Below the pieces are notes generated by a model. That model had not been told where the DNA came from. It made no database searches and worked only from the letters and a program-made list of their open reading frames with translations. A stretch of DNA of 64,000 bases, taken from positions 3,851 through 67,850 of the forward strand of contig CAYFQI010000001.1 of assembly GCA_964345135.1 (NCBI GenBank), written 5' to 3'. Origin of the DNA: an uncultured Bacteroidales bacterium (GTDB lineage: Bacteria; Bacteroidota; Bacteroidia; Bacteroidales; JBBRXJ01). How positions within the stretch are numbered: the stretch's first letter is position 1; each line of letters begins with the position of its first letter. This document shows, in pieces, positions 10,301 through 19,400 of the stretch. A program made the translations under genes and the position numbers.

Positions 10301-12091
10301 AAAATTGAGTTTCCGTGAACTGATAAAGCCCCGGTTGAATTTCCTGTTTTCCGTTATAGAGGTGGTTAGCTCAAATTCACTATCCGAAGCATACAGGCCT
10401 TCATTGTCGAGGTTGTCGTCATTGCTGATGGTCATGCATGAGGCTATGGTATTGCCTTCTTTGGATGCATATGTGACTGATGCCGTGTTATTTTGGTCAA
10501 TGGTGATGGTTTTTAACACCGACTCAGCCGAAGGCGCTTCGTCGCCGAAAACTCTCACCAGCTCTTCCTCTGAGGGGTTTCCGTATAGAGTTCGGACGGT
10601 TCTTCCCTTTCCATCAGCCTGTTCACCTACAGCAAACGTGCGGCCCGGTGATGTTTGTTCCACCACCCTGCCCGTGCCATCATTGGTATAAAAGCTTACG
10701 GCATACGGATACCCCTGTGAACTTGGTAGGCTGAGGTTGTCGTTTTTATTGGAATAATAACTGAACGCATCAGAGCTGTCAACCTGGGCCGGGGTGCGGT
10801 AGCGGCTATCTGAATCAAAATGTTTTGCTGTATATGTTTGATTTCCGCTGGTAAGAAAATCCTTTTCATACCCTTCAAGTCCACCAGTTACAGGCACGGG
10901 CATGGTGACAAGCCGTGGGCGCCCGCTGTAATCCTGGACTGACTGTGTGATAAGCCTTGAATCATCGGAAAAAAGATGTGTTTGTGTTTGTTGTACCTGG
11001 TTCAGTCCATTGGCATAGGTGATTTGTTCGCTCATCCTGTTGTTTTCGGTGAATACCCTGCTGTATATCCAGTTGGTGTTTTCATCCGGGTCTGTTAAAT
11101 AAAAATAAGCAGATAAAGACGCTACCTTGCTTAAATCAACATAAACCGGGCTTCCCTGGCCGGGTGCATCGTCGTTCCATGTTCCATAATTCAACGCATT
11201 GGCAAATCCACCCTTGTAATAATTGCCTACCGGCCTCACGCGCCATACATAAAATCCCGTGCCCTCGGCAACAGAAATCGTGATTTTATGCGAGGAGCCA
11301 TCGTCCGGGATGCTTTCATAGTCTATATGAAGGGCTTTTGACCAATCTACGGTCGCGCTAACTTCATGATTACCCAATGCATTTTCATCCTGGTTGTACA
11401 GGCGGAGCAGTTCAAACTGAAACATGGTGAAGTCGTTACACGTCCAGGTGAATTCCTGTACTCTTCCACTGGTAATGCCTTGTCCGTTTGCTGTAAGTTC
11501 TGGTATGGTGCATGATGCTTTATCACTGCCATCATCCGGGGTAACATCCACAAAGTAGTCTACTTCATAATGCAATGACAGGCGAATGCTGTCTTGGGGG
11601 ACACTCCCAAGTGTTGTAATTAAATCATCAACTGTTACCACCACGTCTTTTATCTCTTCTGGATCAGACACGGTGTTATATACATACAATGCTTTGGGCT
11701 CATTGTTTTTTATGGCCAGGGTTATAGGGTCACTTCCTGAAGTTGCCAAAACATCTCCTGCATTATTTTTTTCATTCACGATAAAATCCAATTGCACGCT
11801 AAAATCCAGGTCAGGTGCGGCAGAGGACTGTCTGCCAAAAATATACTGTTCTCCCATATCCAGGGTGATGAATACCCTGGAGCGGCTTTTTTTATATTTA
11901 ACACCCGGGGGAGGTGGCAGGGTAATATGACAATCCTGATTTTTTTCAATATCATGATATATTACCTCCCCTTTGTACTGCCCAAATAATGATGATGAGG
12001 CAAGGCTCCATGCCATAAGCATTATGCACAGTTTTATTAAAAGCATTCTTGTTTTCATTGAATATAAACTTATATGTGTCATTATAATCAT
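7379..12091 (-). CDS. giant secreted protein (1570 aa) with an RHS-associated (DUF6443-like) central region and a ConA/LamG-like C-terminal domain
   Basis: ORF track entry. The signal peptide probably starts at the internal MKTRMLLIKLCIMLMAWSLASSSLFGQ (alternative start 12058). The region ~10540-11100 reads NWIYSRVF...ITYANGLNQVQQTQT...QDYSGRPRLVTMPVP...GYPYAVSFYTNDGTGRVVEQTSPGRTF...GRTVRTLYGNPSEEELV. I recognise this pattern from the N-terminal domain that precedes the YD repeats in Bacteroidetes RHS proteins. No YD repeats follow here. The protein also has Cys-rich stretches and a jelly-roll-like C-terminus. Confidence 0.8.
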   Translation of the reverse strand: MIIMTHISLYSMKTRMLLIKLCIMLMAWSLASSSLFGQYKGEVIYHDIEKNQDCHITLPPPPGVKYKKSRSRVFITLDMGEQYIFGRQSSAAPDLDFSVQLDFIVNEKNNAGDVLATSGSDPITLAIKNNEPKALYVYNTVSDPEEIKDVVVTVDDLITTLGSVPQDSIRLSLHYEVDYFVDVTPDDGSDKASCTIPELTANGQGITSGRVQEFTWTCNDFTMFQFELLRLYNQDENALGNHEVSATVDWSKALHIDYESIPDDGSSHKITISVAEGTGFYVWRVRPVGNYYKGGFANALNYGTWNDDAPGQGSPVYVDLSKVASLSAYFYLTDPDENTNWIYSRVFTENNRMSEQITYANGLNQVQQTQTHLFSDDSRLITQSVQDYSGRPRLVTMPVPVTGGLEGYEKDFLTSGNQTYTAKHFDSDSRYRTPAQVDSSDAFSYYSNKNDNLSLPSSQGYPYAVSFYTNDGTGRVVEQTSPGRTFAVGEQADGKGRTVRTLYGNPSEEELVRVFGDEAPSAESVLKTITIDQNNTASVTYASKEGNTIASCMTISNDDNLDNEGLYASDSEFELTTSITENRKFNRGFISSRKLNFSEPTPININYTISCPVIEKGCQCFHADCGYQVKFTITNVNTGQEYKSNLQSVCNSNVTTDAVNNVTFTPEIPTDGLPAGTYMFRKIIISTIPDQDPMPLEAKLNENAQSIEPLVNVFHSWLRKVRTEEAMLKFYEDVQRFGDRLEQGHATGNYQKVLYPDTGYYFGRVRLADTFQFYAPGNADEMPQHKVELTPEFNIQNPDLGNLPHTLTIGGGCCGDIEISVKYHPPIRCYKGDFLREHPDSLQSFWEYMQVELQNLIDDELINLNSTGGAGVNIIPGYDRETLDSMMYYMLTDKYYAGATILNAEGDLVKPNSLEPVGPGDNQYQYACKDLWKCWKSVVASVQDMIRDELKKSTSVHEGAEEEEEGKKDDHVNDGMKENMGWFARLFTSDEKISKKVREAENVQEDGTGDPVEFEFNIIEQFFNCAGQKFAAIVTKDDAGGLQHVFNEDEDGYTPGSDEFVRHIKYNDQKYHTDLNENDLCLPAIKNPVYAYKYFQYDEDYNTDTRGLEVAFCYDNYKDHETPVCQCKCGSRYYIYWSSSERDMFYQALLDYEAPKLSEDDYNDDTQEIIDELYAMADKLFGEMKDSCDYLCESSRQDVYNKVKQAFIDNCYQVGGCPTNANVVLEEDIRQITGQMIDECKTGCTQIFTDNESEYPMLDSTTKCKVINANGTDFITINDPEGIQNSIPVILPECSLEDYKKYKNWEFVFALQNDMSLCDCGDDFDATGLDPQWTEIYRDRWNMSGVYVFNERLNIHARGEADSQFVAVFKDDFKGGFSASVRIDSTARFNNASEGGIMVANNPGDLKKGGFVKLAIKNNQAIFMYDQDEDGIIQESEKSDPVNISQFPCWLRIDKEIDESAGDTLFTGWMKTDPAADFTKVASEAVSNSNEIVTVSLYSIAFDPVVHVTTYFDDFDCGTYYPNLHDGNDQWINNEQGICDDETGKVWRDEADGKMTKYSEPVNSSTTIDP

Positions 12092-12103
12092 TATTATTCT
12101 TTA

Positions 12104-12823
12104 TTAATTGTTTACCAACAACCTGTACCCGGCATATTTCCCGGTTAAACGCCCTTCTTTATCAAGAAAAAAACTCCTGGCCGGTTTATGCATGTTTATT
12201 TTATAATTCAAGTCCATGTTATTCAGCTCCACGATCATCCTTTTTGCTTTAAAATGTTTATCATACAAGGTGATGGTTTTATTTACCAATTCCTTCGCGG
12301 GGTCATAATGATACGTGATGCTGTTGATGTCAAATTTATCCTGTAATTCCGGTTTTGTTTCGAGCATGATGACTGTCTCGCGTTTGTCTTCGGATTGCCT
12401 GCATTGTTTAAGCTGCATCACGTTAAACACGGAATCTTTGAGCATCACGATTTCATTATACCGTTTGTTCATATCTCTTTTATACGCTGAATTGGTTCGG
12501 ATCACTATCTTTTTTTCATGCTGAACAATGAATGCATCTGTTGTATCCTGGTATATTTCAATGTCTTTGGTGATATAATGCATTTGGTGGGCAGCCATAT
12601 AAAAACGGACATTGTATGTTTTTGTTTCTATGCCTCCACTAACGCGCATGTCTGATGTCAGGGTATAATTAAAATAATAAACCTTGTTGCCTTCGGGCAT
12701 GCCTATGCTGTTCATTTTTTTATTGTATTGCTTAAGCTGACGGATGCACTGCTGATCTGATTGAGCATAGCCCATACAATGTATCACCAGGAAGATGCCT
12801 GTAAATATGATTACTCTTTTCAT
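12104..12823 (-). CDS. secreted protein of unknown function (239 aa)
   Basis: ORF track entry with signal peptide MKRVIIFTGIFLVIHCMGYAQ. Its ATG overlaps the stop of the upstream 1985-aa gene (ATGA at 12820-12823). Confidence 0.7.
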   Translation of the reverse strand: MKRVIIFTGIFLVIHCMGYAQSDQQCIRQLKQYNKKMNSIGMPEGNKVYYFNYTLTSDMRVSGGIETKTYNVRFYMAAHQMHYITKDIEIYQDTTDAFIVQHEKKIVIRTNSAYKRDMNKRYNEIVMLKDSVFNVMQLKQCRQSEDKRETVIMLETKPELQDKFDINSITYHYDPAKELVNKTITLYDKHFKAKRMIVELNNMDLNYKINMHKPARSFFLDKEGRLTGKYAGYRLLVNN

Positions 12824-15800
12824 TCGCTGGCCCTTTCTATTCGTTTGGTATTGTATTGTGTTTCCTTCAGGGTTTTCAATCCCCGTTCGGTTTCAATCAT
12901 CCTGCGTACCAGTTTTCCTTCTGCATTGTACTGGTAGAATACGCCAAAGTGCTGGTCATCAAACTGTGTAATCAGCCTGTAGTTATTTACATCATATACA
13001 TAACAGGTCGCGGAGGCATCATAAGGCTGGAACCTGAGGTCATCAATGAACACCTTTTCTCCTTGTGCAATGTTATATTCCAATCCAATGGTAATGTTAT
13101 CATTGAGCATGGCCATGTTTTCCCAATCTTTAATATACGCCCGGTATAATGTCCATTTACCTGTAGATGCAATTTTTTCAAACGGTGCTGTCACATTGTT
13201 GTTAATGACCACCTGGAATCCGGCCTCGCTATTTTCCATGGAATAACCCCGTGCATCTTCATTGCACAACCATACTTTGACCATGGCTCCTTCGTCCATG
13301 AGATGCTGATTCATTTTCAGGCCATGTGAAGAGGCCACCAGGTTTGTTCCCATGTATTGATTCATGTCCAGGCATTTGTTCCCGGAGTGGGCATTTGCTT
13401 TTGTTACAGCATTCGTGTTGTTTTCAAAATCGTCAAAATAAATGGATGAATAGGCTGCATTTTTGGCCGTAATCACCGGGAAATATCCCTGGTAACCATA
13501 GCGCGCGGCACTATAAATGTTTAATACATCATATTCTTCCAAGGGATTCCCCTGGGGTGAATATTTGGTGATGGTAGCTGTTTTAAGCCATTCAGGATCG
13601 GGTGTTGCCTGCCAGTCAAACATCGTGAAATCTTCAATAATACCACCATTATAAATCCTGTTTTCAGGGTTATTGGCAGAGGTAACATTGCCGGCATTAA
13701 AAATATAGGTTGCCTGGGGCCTCCATACTTCATTTAATGTAGCTTGTTGATCGAGATCAACCCCGTATTCATGAAGAATTGATACATTGTCTCCTGTAAA
13801 CCAGTTATTCCTATATGTCGTTGCACTGGCAGAGATCACTGCATTGGTGGAAATGGCATCAGCATTCCACTCGCTATTGGCGCTATGAATGATGCTGTCG
13901 AACCAATGCCCCTTTCCATACGTGGTGAATGACATGGCTTGTTCGCTTAACCGGTTGGCATACGACATGTTTTCGGATTTTGGCCCCAGCTCCGGGTATA
14001 TCATATCTGCCGGGATGGTAACATTGTTAATACTTCCATCATGTTTGTCATCTCCTCTATTGCTTTTGACAAGGGTTACATCGTGGTAGCTGTCAAATGT
14101 TTTGGTAACAATGGGTTTTCCGTTTGCCGGGTTGAATGCAACATGTTCCGTGCTTGTTATGCCGCCATCAACGAAGTTGGTTATTTTTTTGGTGACCGCG
14201 GGGTAGCTGACTACCTTGGAGGTGATGTGTGAACTGATGCTCTTATCCTGGAATACAAATGATGGTGCAGCCCCAATGGTAATCGTGGGTACCACGGTAC
14301 TAAACAAAATATTGATATCGAGTTCAAGTTCAATATCCAATAGCCTGTCTGTTACGGCCCGCATTTCCATGGTCACCTTTTCTTCTTTACCGGGGTTTTC
14401 TTTGGTGATGGAGAATTGTTTACTGGTATCATCGTACCTAAGCAAGGGCATCTGTTCGTTTTCAAAGTCAAAATAATCATACAATGTATAAGAGACCAGT
14501 TTGTCTTCATTGTTTCCACGTGCATATACGCCGGAATAGTTGGATGTTTTATGTGGTTTGCCATGCATATTCCTGTTTACAAACCGGAATCCTTGTGTTA
14601 ACCAGTATTTTTCCAATAACAGGTTGAAAAACGAGGTATATATCGGCACTTTCACTTTCACATCACTAATCCCTGTCGTTTTCACAACGAGTGGATACTT
14701 TTTGACTGTATTGAATTCATATACTGTATGGCCGGTATTGCTTTTGCCTGTATGAATATTTTGCTGGATGACTCTGGAGTACCCGATGGAAGGCCCGGGT
14801 AAAACGCTTTCGCCCAATGGCCCCTGCATTTTTTTCTTGTCTTCCCCGGATATGATCCGTCCAATAAATTTTTGTGATTTTCTTTGGAGTAATTGAACCA
14901 ATGCATTTTCTTCATGCCCTGCTCCCGGTTCATTCGTGGCCACTCCACTGCTTAACCCGTTTTCAAGTTCATAAATATATTCACTGCCATAGAGTTTTGC
15001 TTTGCCGTCATGCATGCCATCATCATACATCAGCAATCGTTTCACCCTGATGCCGCCGCCTTTTTTGGATTTCAACACGGGAATACGAAGGTATGAAAAC
15101 GGGTAGTTGATGTCTTTGCACACGTCATTTTTCTTTGGTGCACCATCAAACAGATGTTTGGATACTTCCAGGATACTTTCTGCAGCTAAAGAACCTGCAT
15201 GAAGATTTCCAATTCCATAATCTTCCTGTTCTATCATATCTTCATAATCTGCCTGAATATCATTTTCCAGTTTATTTTTTTTAGAGTAATCGCAGTCACA
15301 GTTATTGCCCTTTAACATGCCATCTATATTATTTGATACATATTCATAACATAATCGTTTGGGGGTGTTTTCGCGATTGACACCGGAATAGAAATTACTG
15401 TACACCTCTTCCATGGCGCGTCCGTCTCCAAGCCTCAGGTAAATTGAATTTTCGGCTTCATCATACCCTACCTCATTCACCGAGGTAAACCCGGAGATAT
15501 ATTCGGATTCGCAATGGTTAAAGCCTGCAGTCCGGTTGCCCATCAATGAATATAAAAACTTAAAATAAATATGGTGAGGAGGCAGTTCTCCTTTGTCTGC
15601 AAGAAAATATTCTTCCAGGACATCGACATAATCTTTTATATCATCTGTTTCAGTGATCCCGATGCTGTTGAGGTCAAGATAAAATTTATTGTCGTCTGGT
15701 TTATAACTGTCAGATGAGATGTCCTGCATGAGGGGCGCCATAACCAGAGCTTTTTTATCCTGTACATAGGCATAGTCTTTTTGCTCGTATTGAATATGAA

Positions 15801-18777
15801 TTTCACCTCCTGATGGAAGTGTTATTTTCTTGAGGTTCCAGGCAGCTGCATCAAACACGGGTTGTTCACCCTGGTATACCCAGGGGATATGATTTTCATG
15901 ACGGGTATCTCCATTGGCCTGGTAATTCCCCCACATATCCAATGCATACGGGGTATAAGGAGGGTTCTGATTAACATCACCAACAGGCGGGCTTGTTTCA
16001 TCTGTACCATTAAACGATGTTAAAAATTCATTGATCCCGGGGTATTTACTCGCGATATTGTTGGAGTAATTAGAAGGATATCTATAGTCAAACTGGTAAG
16101 GAGCTATTTTCCCGCGTACAATGCCTTCATTTTCAAACCACACTTTTTTTAAGGTGAGTTTCCCGGCACCATTTTCGGCATTGGGCAGGCCGGCACATAA
16201 TGAATTTGTATATTCAAAATGGACGGTTTGTAAAGGTTTGGAGAAGTCTTTTTTGGAATAGACTACTATTTTTTCCAGTTTTTCCAATGATTGTCCGGCA
16301 TTTTTTAAATTATTATTTTTAGCAGCCGGATCGATTATATTGCCACTCCGATCTGTTGTATATTGAACAGCGCCATACGAATCTTTCCTTGGCTCGCCTG
16401 AACCGACTAAGTTGTTTTTTTCTTCTCCTGTGAATTCACTGTAATGTGAGGGGATTGATTTGTTTGTCACGAAAAAAGCCACATGCGATTTTGTTTCAAT
16501 GGTTTTCAGGTAATACACTTGTTTCTCTCCTGTCATCACTGTTCCCATGTCATCGGTTTTATCTGCCAGGTTTCCTTCATTATAATTCATGCCATAATAA
16601 GGGGTCCTGTAGCGATACCATTCTCCCGGATTTGTTTCTGTTGACTCCCATTGCCTGTAATGGAACTGGGTCCACCCGCCAATGTCATGTTCATCCGGCC
16701 CATCATCCCCAACATCTATGTAATCATGGGTTACGATTTGAGTTAAAAGGTAATTCATGGCATATGGGTTGTCGCGTTTTTCGCCCGTTACTATTGTATT
16801 GTCTAATATATCAGTGTCTGCATATAATCTCTGACGTAAGATATAATTGTTATCAATGGTGGGTGACAAGCTGTTGTCCATTCCGATAGAAACATTGGTT
16901 TCATTCCTGGTAAAAACAGGCAGGCCATACACATAATTCATCCCGTTTTCACTGGTTATGGAAAATTCGCCGATTAAGTCATCGTATTTGTCAGAAAGAC
17001 TGTTCCACGTGGTATTCTTTTTGTTAAATCGAATACCTAAATCTATTTTAATATCATTTATTAAATTGAAATCAATATACGAAGAACGTTGGGTTGAATA
17101 CCCGGTAAGTTCGTTTAATCCAACTGTTGCCTCATTTGGAGACAACCATAGATCTGTATTAAATCCTGCTTGTGCAGCTTCATTACCATTGGAATATTCA
17201 ACATTACCGCCCATATCATTGGTAAAGCGGAAAAACCCTTTTGATTTTAAAGAATTGTCCTGCTCAAACTGGGATACGTTTGATAAAGGACTAACACTAA
17301 TGGGGTTATACCAATCTCTTAATTTCGTGGTTTGATTTCCGAATCCGAAATCAAACCCGACCTGGAAGGTTCCCCCAACACCCAGCTCAAGGCCACCCTT
17401 GGTAATGACCTGCTTGCTGAATTCAAAATTCGGGTAATAATGCCCCTGTTTTTTATAATGGTATGAAAATCCACCCATCATTTGTTCTCCTGTTACAACA
17501 AAATTGTCTGGTGCAGAAAAAGGGATGCTTAAATATTTGTCATTGCGTTGGTACCCTGTCTGCCGTTCTACCATGTAATCGGAAATTACATCATCGTGAT
17601 AATCGCTGTTATCTATTGGTTTAAAATCCTGATGCTCTTCATTATCCGGATTGTAGAGAAATCCATATGCTTCCAGGTTCATTTTTGCTTTATTTACCTG
17701 GATGTTGTAATTTCCAGTAAACCCTGCTTCTATTCCAATCGGCGCGAAAACATTGGCTTGCACTGAAATGCTACGGTCCAATACTTTGCCCCTGTATGTT
17801 CCGACAGTAAATGGCATGCCTCTGCATATATATGTTTCGACCGAGTAATAACTCGGGGCATTCATGGACATATAGCCTTTAACAGCTTTTGCATCACTTA
17901 TTAAACCTCTTAATTTTTTTCTTGTTGTCTTTTTTTTCTGATCATCCATTTCATGGGCTTTCTTCTGTTCATTTTGGTCGTTATCGTTTTTTTCAGCGAC
18001 TAATTTTCCAAGAATAGACAATACATCCACACTTGGTTTTAGGCTGGATATTCCACCTGATCCGCCCTGCATGTTAAGACCTCCATACCCTTTCACGTCA
18101 ATGCCAAAGCCATACGTTTTAAAAAACCCTTTGTAATTATTGAAGCGTACGGATTTGCTGAGTTTCAACGCCCCCAATGATTTCCCTCTATCTGAAAGTC
18201 TGTCAAAATTTTTTTCTCCCATATAGGATTTATCATCGCTTTTATATTTATTGTCATTACTATTTTTTTGAGCTTTTTTATATATTTCAGACTGTGTCAT
18301 TTTGTTTTTGCCCGCGCCTTTATCTTTTGAAAATAACTCGAGTTTCCCATCTACTTTGGCAGAGACAGACCAGTTGGGTTTTGTTTTGTTGTATTTTGTC
18401 ACATCAGAAGCATTGTAATCATCAGGGTATCCTGCTTTGCTGCGATTGATGGCCCCGGGGTTTAATGTCCACCCGTACCCAACCCAGGAAGCTTCTTCTT
18501 CCGGAGACACACCACTATGATAGGATAATGAAAGGGCGTATCCTCCTCCATCGGGGCCGGGTATGTTGACTACCGGGAGGTTGTAGGTAAAGTCGCCGGA
18601 AAAAATATCGACCATATCGGTCGTGGCAACAGGCTCAAATGAGCTGAATTCAGGGGAGTTAGGCCCGGATGTCAATGCAAGGGCTACGGTTGGGGAAACC
18701 ACCGTGTTTAAAATACTCAATGCCGTAATGATGGCAAAAATTTTAATTATTTGTTTCTTTTTAATCATAATTTCCAA
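12820..18777 (-). CDS. giant secreted protein (1985 aa) with an SpvB/TcB-type N-terminal domain and a YD-like C-terminal end
   Basis: ORF track entry. The first ATG at 18768 forms an ATGA overlap with the upstream stop. After the signal peptide the sequence reads SGDFTYNLPVVNIPGPDGGGYALSLSYHSGVSPEEEASWVGYGWTLNPGAINRSKAGYPDDYN. This has the same layout as the SpvB/TcaC N-domain core (tG..s.siPl..PG..G..P.LsLsY.S....G.GW.L....I.R....G.P.Y.d). Later motifs are YAMNYLLTQIVTHDYIDVGDDGPDEHDIGGWTQFHY and GKLTLKKVWFENEG (~16080-16780). The C-terminus is FDDQHFGVFYQYNAEGKLVRRMIETERG. Confidence 0.8.
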   Translation of the reverse strand: MEIMIKKKQIIKIFAIITALSILNTVVSPTVALALTSGPNSPEFSSFEPVATTDMVDIFSGDFTYNLPVVNIPGPDGGGYALSLSYHSGVSPEEEASWVGYGWTLNPGAINRSKAGYPDDYNASDVTKYNKTKPNWSVSAKVDGKLELFSKDKGAGKNKMTQSEIYKKAQKNSNDNKYKSDDKSYMGEKNFDRLSDRGKSLGALKLSKSVRFNNYKGFFKTYGFGIDVKGYGGLNMQGGSGGISSLKPSVDVLSILGKLVAEKNDNDQNEQKKAHEMDDQKKKTTRKKLRGLISDAKAVKGYMSMNAPSYYSVETYICRGMPFTVGTYRGKVLDRSISVQANVFAPIGIEAGFTGNYNIQVNKAKMNLEAYGFLYNPDNEEHQDFKPIDNSDYHDDVISDYMVERQTGYQRNDKYLSIPFSAPDNFVVTGEQMMGGFSYHYKKQGHYYPNFEFSKQVITKGGLELGVGGTFQVGFDFGFGNQTTKLRDWYNPISVSPLSNVSQFEQDNSLKSKGFFRFTNDMGGNVEYSNGNEAAQAGFNTDLWLSPNEATVGLNELTGYSTQRSSYIDFNLINDIKIDLGIRFNKKNTTWNSLSDKYDDLIGEFSITSENGMNYVYGLPVFTRNETNVSIGMDNSLSPTIDNNYILRQRLYADTDILDNTIVTGEKRDNPYAMNYLLTQIVTHDYIDVGDDGPDEHDIGGWTQFHYRQWESTETNPGEWYRYRTPYYGMNYNEGNLADKTDDMGTVMTGEKQVYYLKTIETKSHVAFFVTNKSIPSHYSEFTGEEKNNLVGSGEPRKDSYGAVQYTTDRSGNIIDPAAKNNNLKNAGQSLEKLEKIVVYSKKDFSKPLQTVHFEYTNSLCAGLPNAENGAGKLTLKKVWFENEGIVRGKIAPYQFDYRYPSNYSNNIASKYPGINEFLTSFNGTDETSPPVGDVNQNPPYTPYALDMWGNYQANGDTRHENHIPWVYQGEQPVFDAAAWNLKKITLPSGGEIHIQYEQKDYAYVQDKKALVMAPLMQDISSDSYKPDDNKFYLDLNSIGITETDDIKDYVDVLEEYFLADKGELPPHHIYFKFLYSLMGNRTAGFNHCESEYISGFTSVNEVGYDEAENSIYLRLGDGRAMEEVYSNFYSGVNRENTPKRLCYEYVSNNIDGMLKGNNCDCDYSKKNKLENDIQADYEDMIEQEDYGIGNLHAGSLAAESILEVSKHLFDGAPKKNDVCKDINYPFSYLRIPVLKSKKGGGIRVKRLLMYDDGMHDGKAKLYGSEYIYELENGLSSGVATNEPGAGHEENALVQLLQRKSQKFIGRIISGEDKKKMQGPLGESVLPGPSIGYSRVIQQNIHTGKSNTGHTVYEFNTVKKYPLVVKTTGISDVKVKVPIYTSFFNLLLEKYWLTQGFRFVNRNMHGKPHKTSNYSGVYARGNNEDKLVSYTLYDYFDFENEQMPLLRYDDTSKQFSITKENPGKEEKVTMEMRAVTDRLLDIELELDINILFSTVVPTITIGAAPSFVFQDKSISSHITSKVVSYPAVTKKITNFVDGGITSTEHVAFNPANGKPIVTKTFDSYHDVTLVKSNRGDDKHDGSINNVTIPADMIYPELGPKSENMSYANRLSEQAMSFTTYGKGHWFDSIIHSANSEWNADAISTNAVISASATTYRNNWFTGDNVSILHEYGVDLDQQATLNEVWRPQATYIFNAGNVTSANNPENRIYNGGIIEDFTMFDWQATPDPEWLKTATITKYSPQGNPLEEYDVLNIYSAARYGYQGYFPVITAKNAAYSSIYFDDFENNTNAVTKANAHSGNKCLDMNQYMGTNLVASSHGLKMNQHLMDEGAMVKVWLCNEDARGYSMENSEAGFQVVINNNVTAPFEKIASTGKWTLYRAYIKDWENMAMLNDNITIGLEYNIAQGEKVFIDDLRFQPYDASATCYVYDVNNYRLITQFDDQHFGVFYQYNAEGKLVRRMIETERGLKTLKETQYNTKRIERASE

Positions 18778-19400
18778 AACTTTATAGCCGGTATGTTATC
18801 AATTTCTTTTTTATTAAATACAAAATGATTGATGCCTGTTGAAAATATCTCATCATCAAATTTTAGTGTTAGCTTATCTGCCTCCATCAATTCGTTCTTT
18901 TTGTTCTCCGGTGAAAACACGACAATGATATTTCTTGATGTACTCATGCCATAGGTGTTTTCCAGGTTCGTGAGCGTGGGAGGATATTCTTTTTTTCCTG
19001 TCATCAAAGAAAGGTATTCGCCCATGTAGAAGTTAAGCTGCCTGGCTCTTAGCTGAAACTCTTCTACTTCATGAATCTTATTGAACATGATGTCTTCATC
19101 TTTTTTCGCTGTGCCAATTTCAAGTATAAAGGTACGGGTGTACCGATAATATGCAAACAGGCTGTCTTTTTCCTGTTGAGAATATCCCGGATTCCTGCTG
19201 AGCTCCCTGTAAACCAATACTTCAGGCGGAAGGTATTTGGCCCGGATTTTAATATCACCGGTAATTCGTTCTTTCACCAGGCCGTTTTCAGGATCATTGA
19301 TCCATTCATACATCTCCTGTTCCGAATGAAAATCTTTCGTGCATGACAAGCACATCATCATGCTGAACAAAAAAATGATTATGTTTTGTATGTTATTCAC
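18765..19400 (-). CDS. lipoprotein of unknown function (211 aa)
   Basis: ORF track entry. The N-terminus IIIFLFSMMMCLSC has a lipobox-like LSC. It overlaps the OmpH gene stop by 8 nt and the 1985-aa gene start. Confidence 0.7.
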   Translation of the reverse strand: MNNIQNIIIFLFSMMMCLSCTKDFHSEQEMYEWINDPENGLVKERITGDIKIRAKYLPPEVLVYRELSRNPGYSQQEKDSLFAYYRYTRTFILEIGTAKKDEDIMFNKIHEVEEFQLRARQLNFYMGEYLSLMTGKKEYPPTLTNLENTYGMSTSRNIIVVFSPENKKNELMEADKLTLKFDDEIFSTGINHFVFNKKEIDNIPAIKFWKL

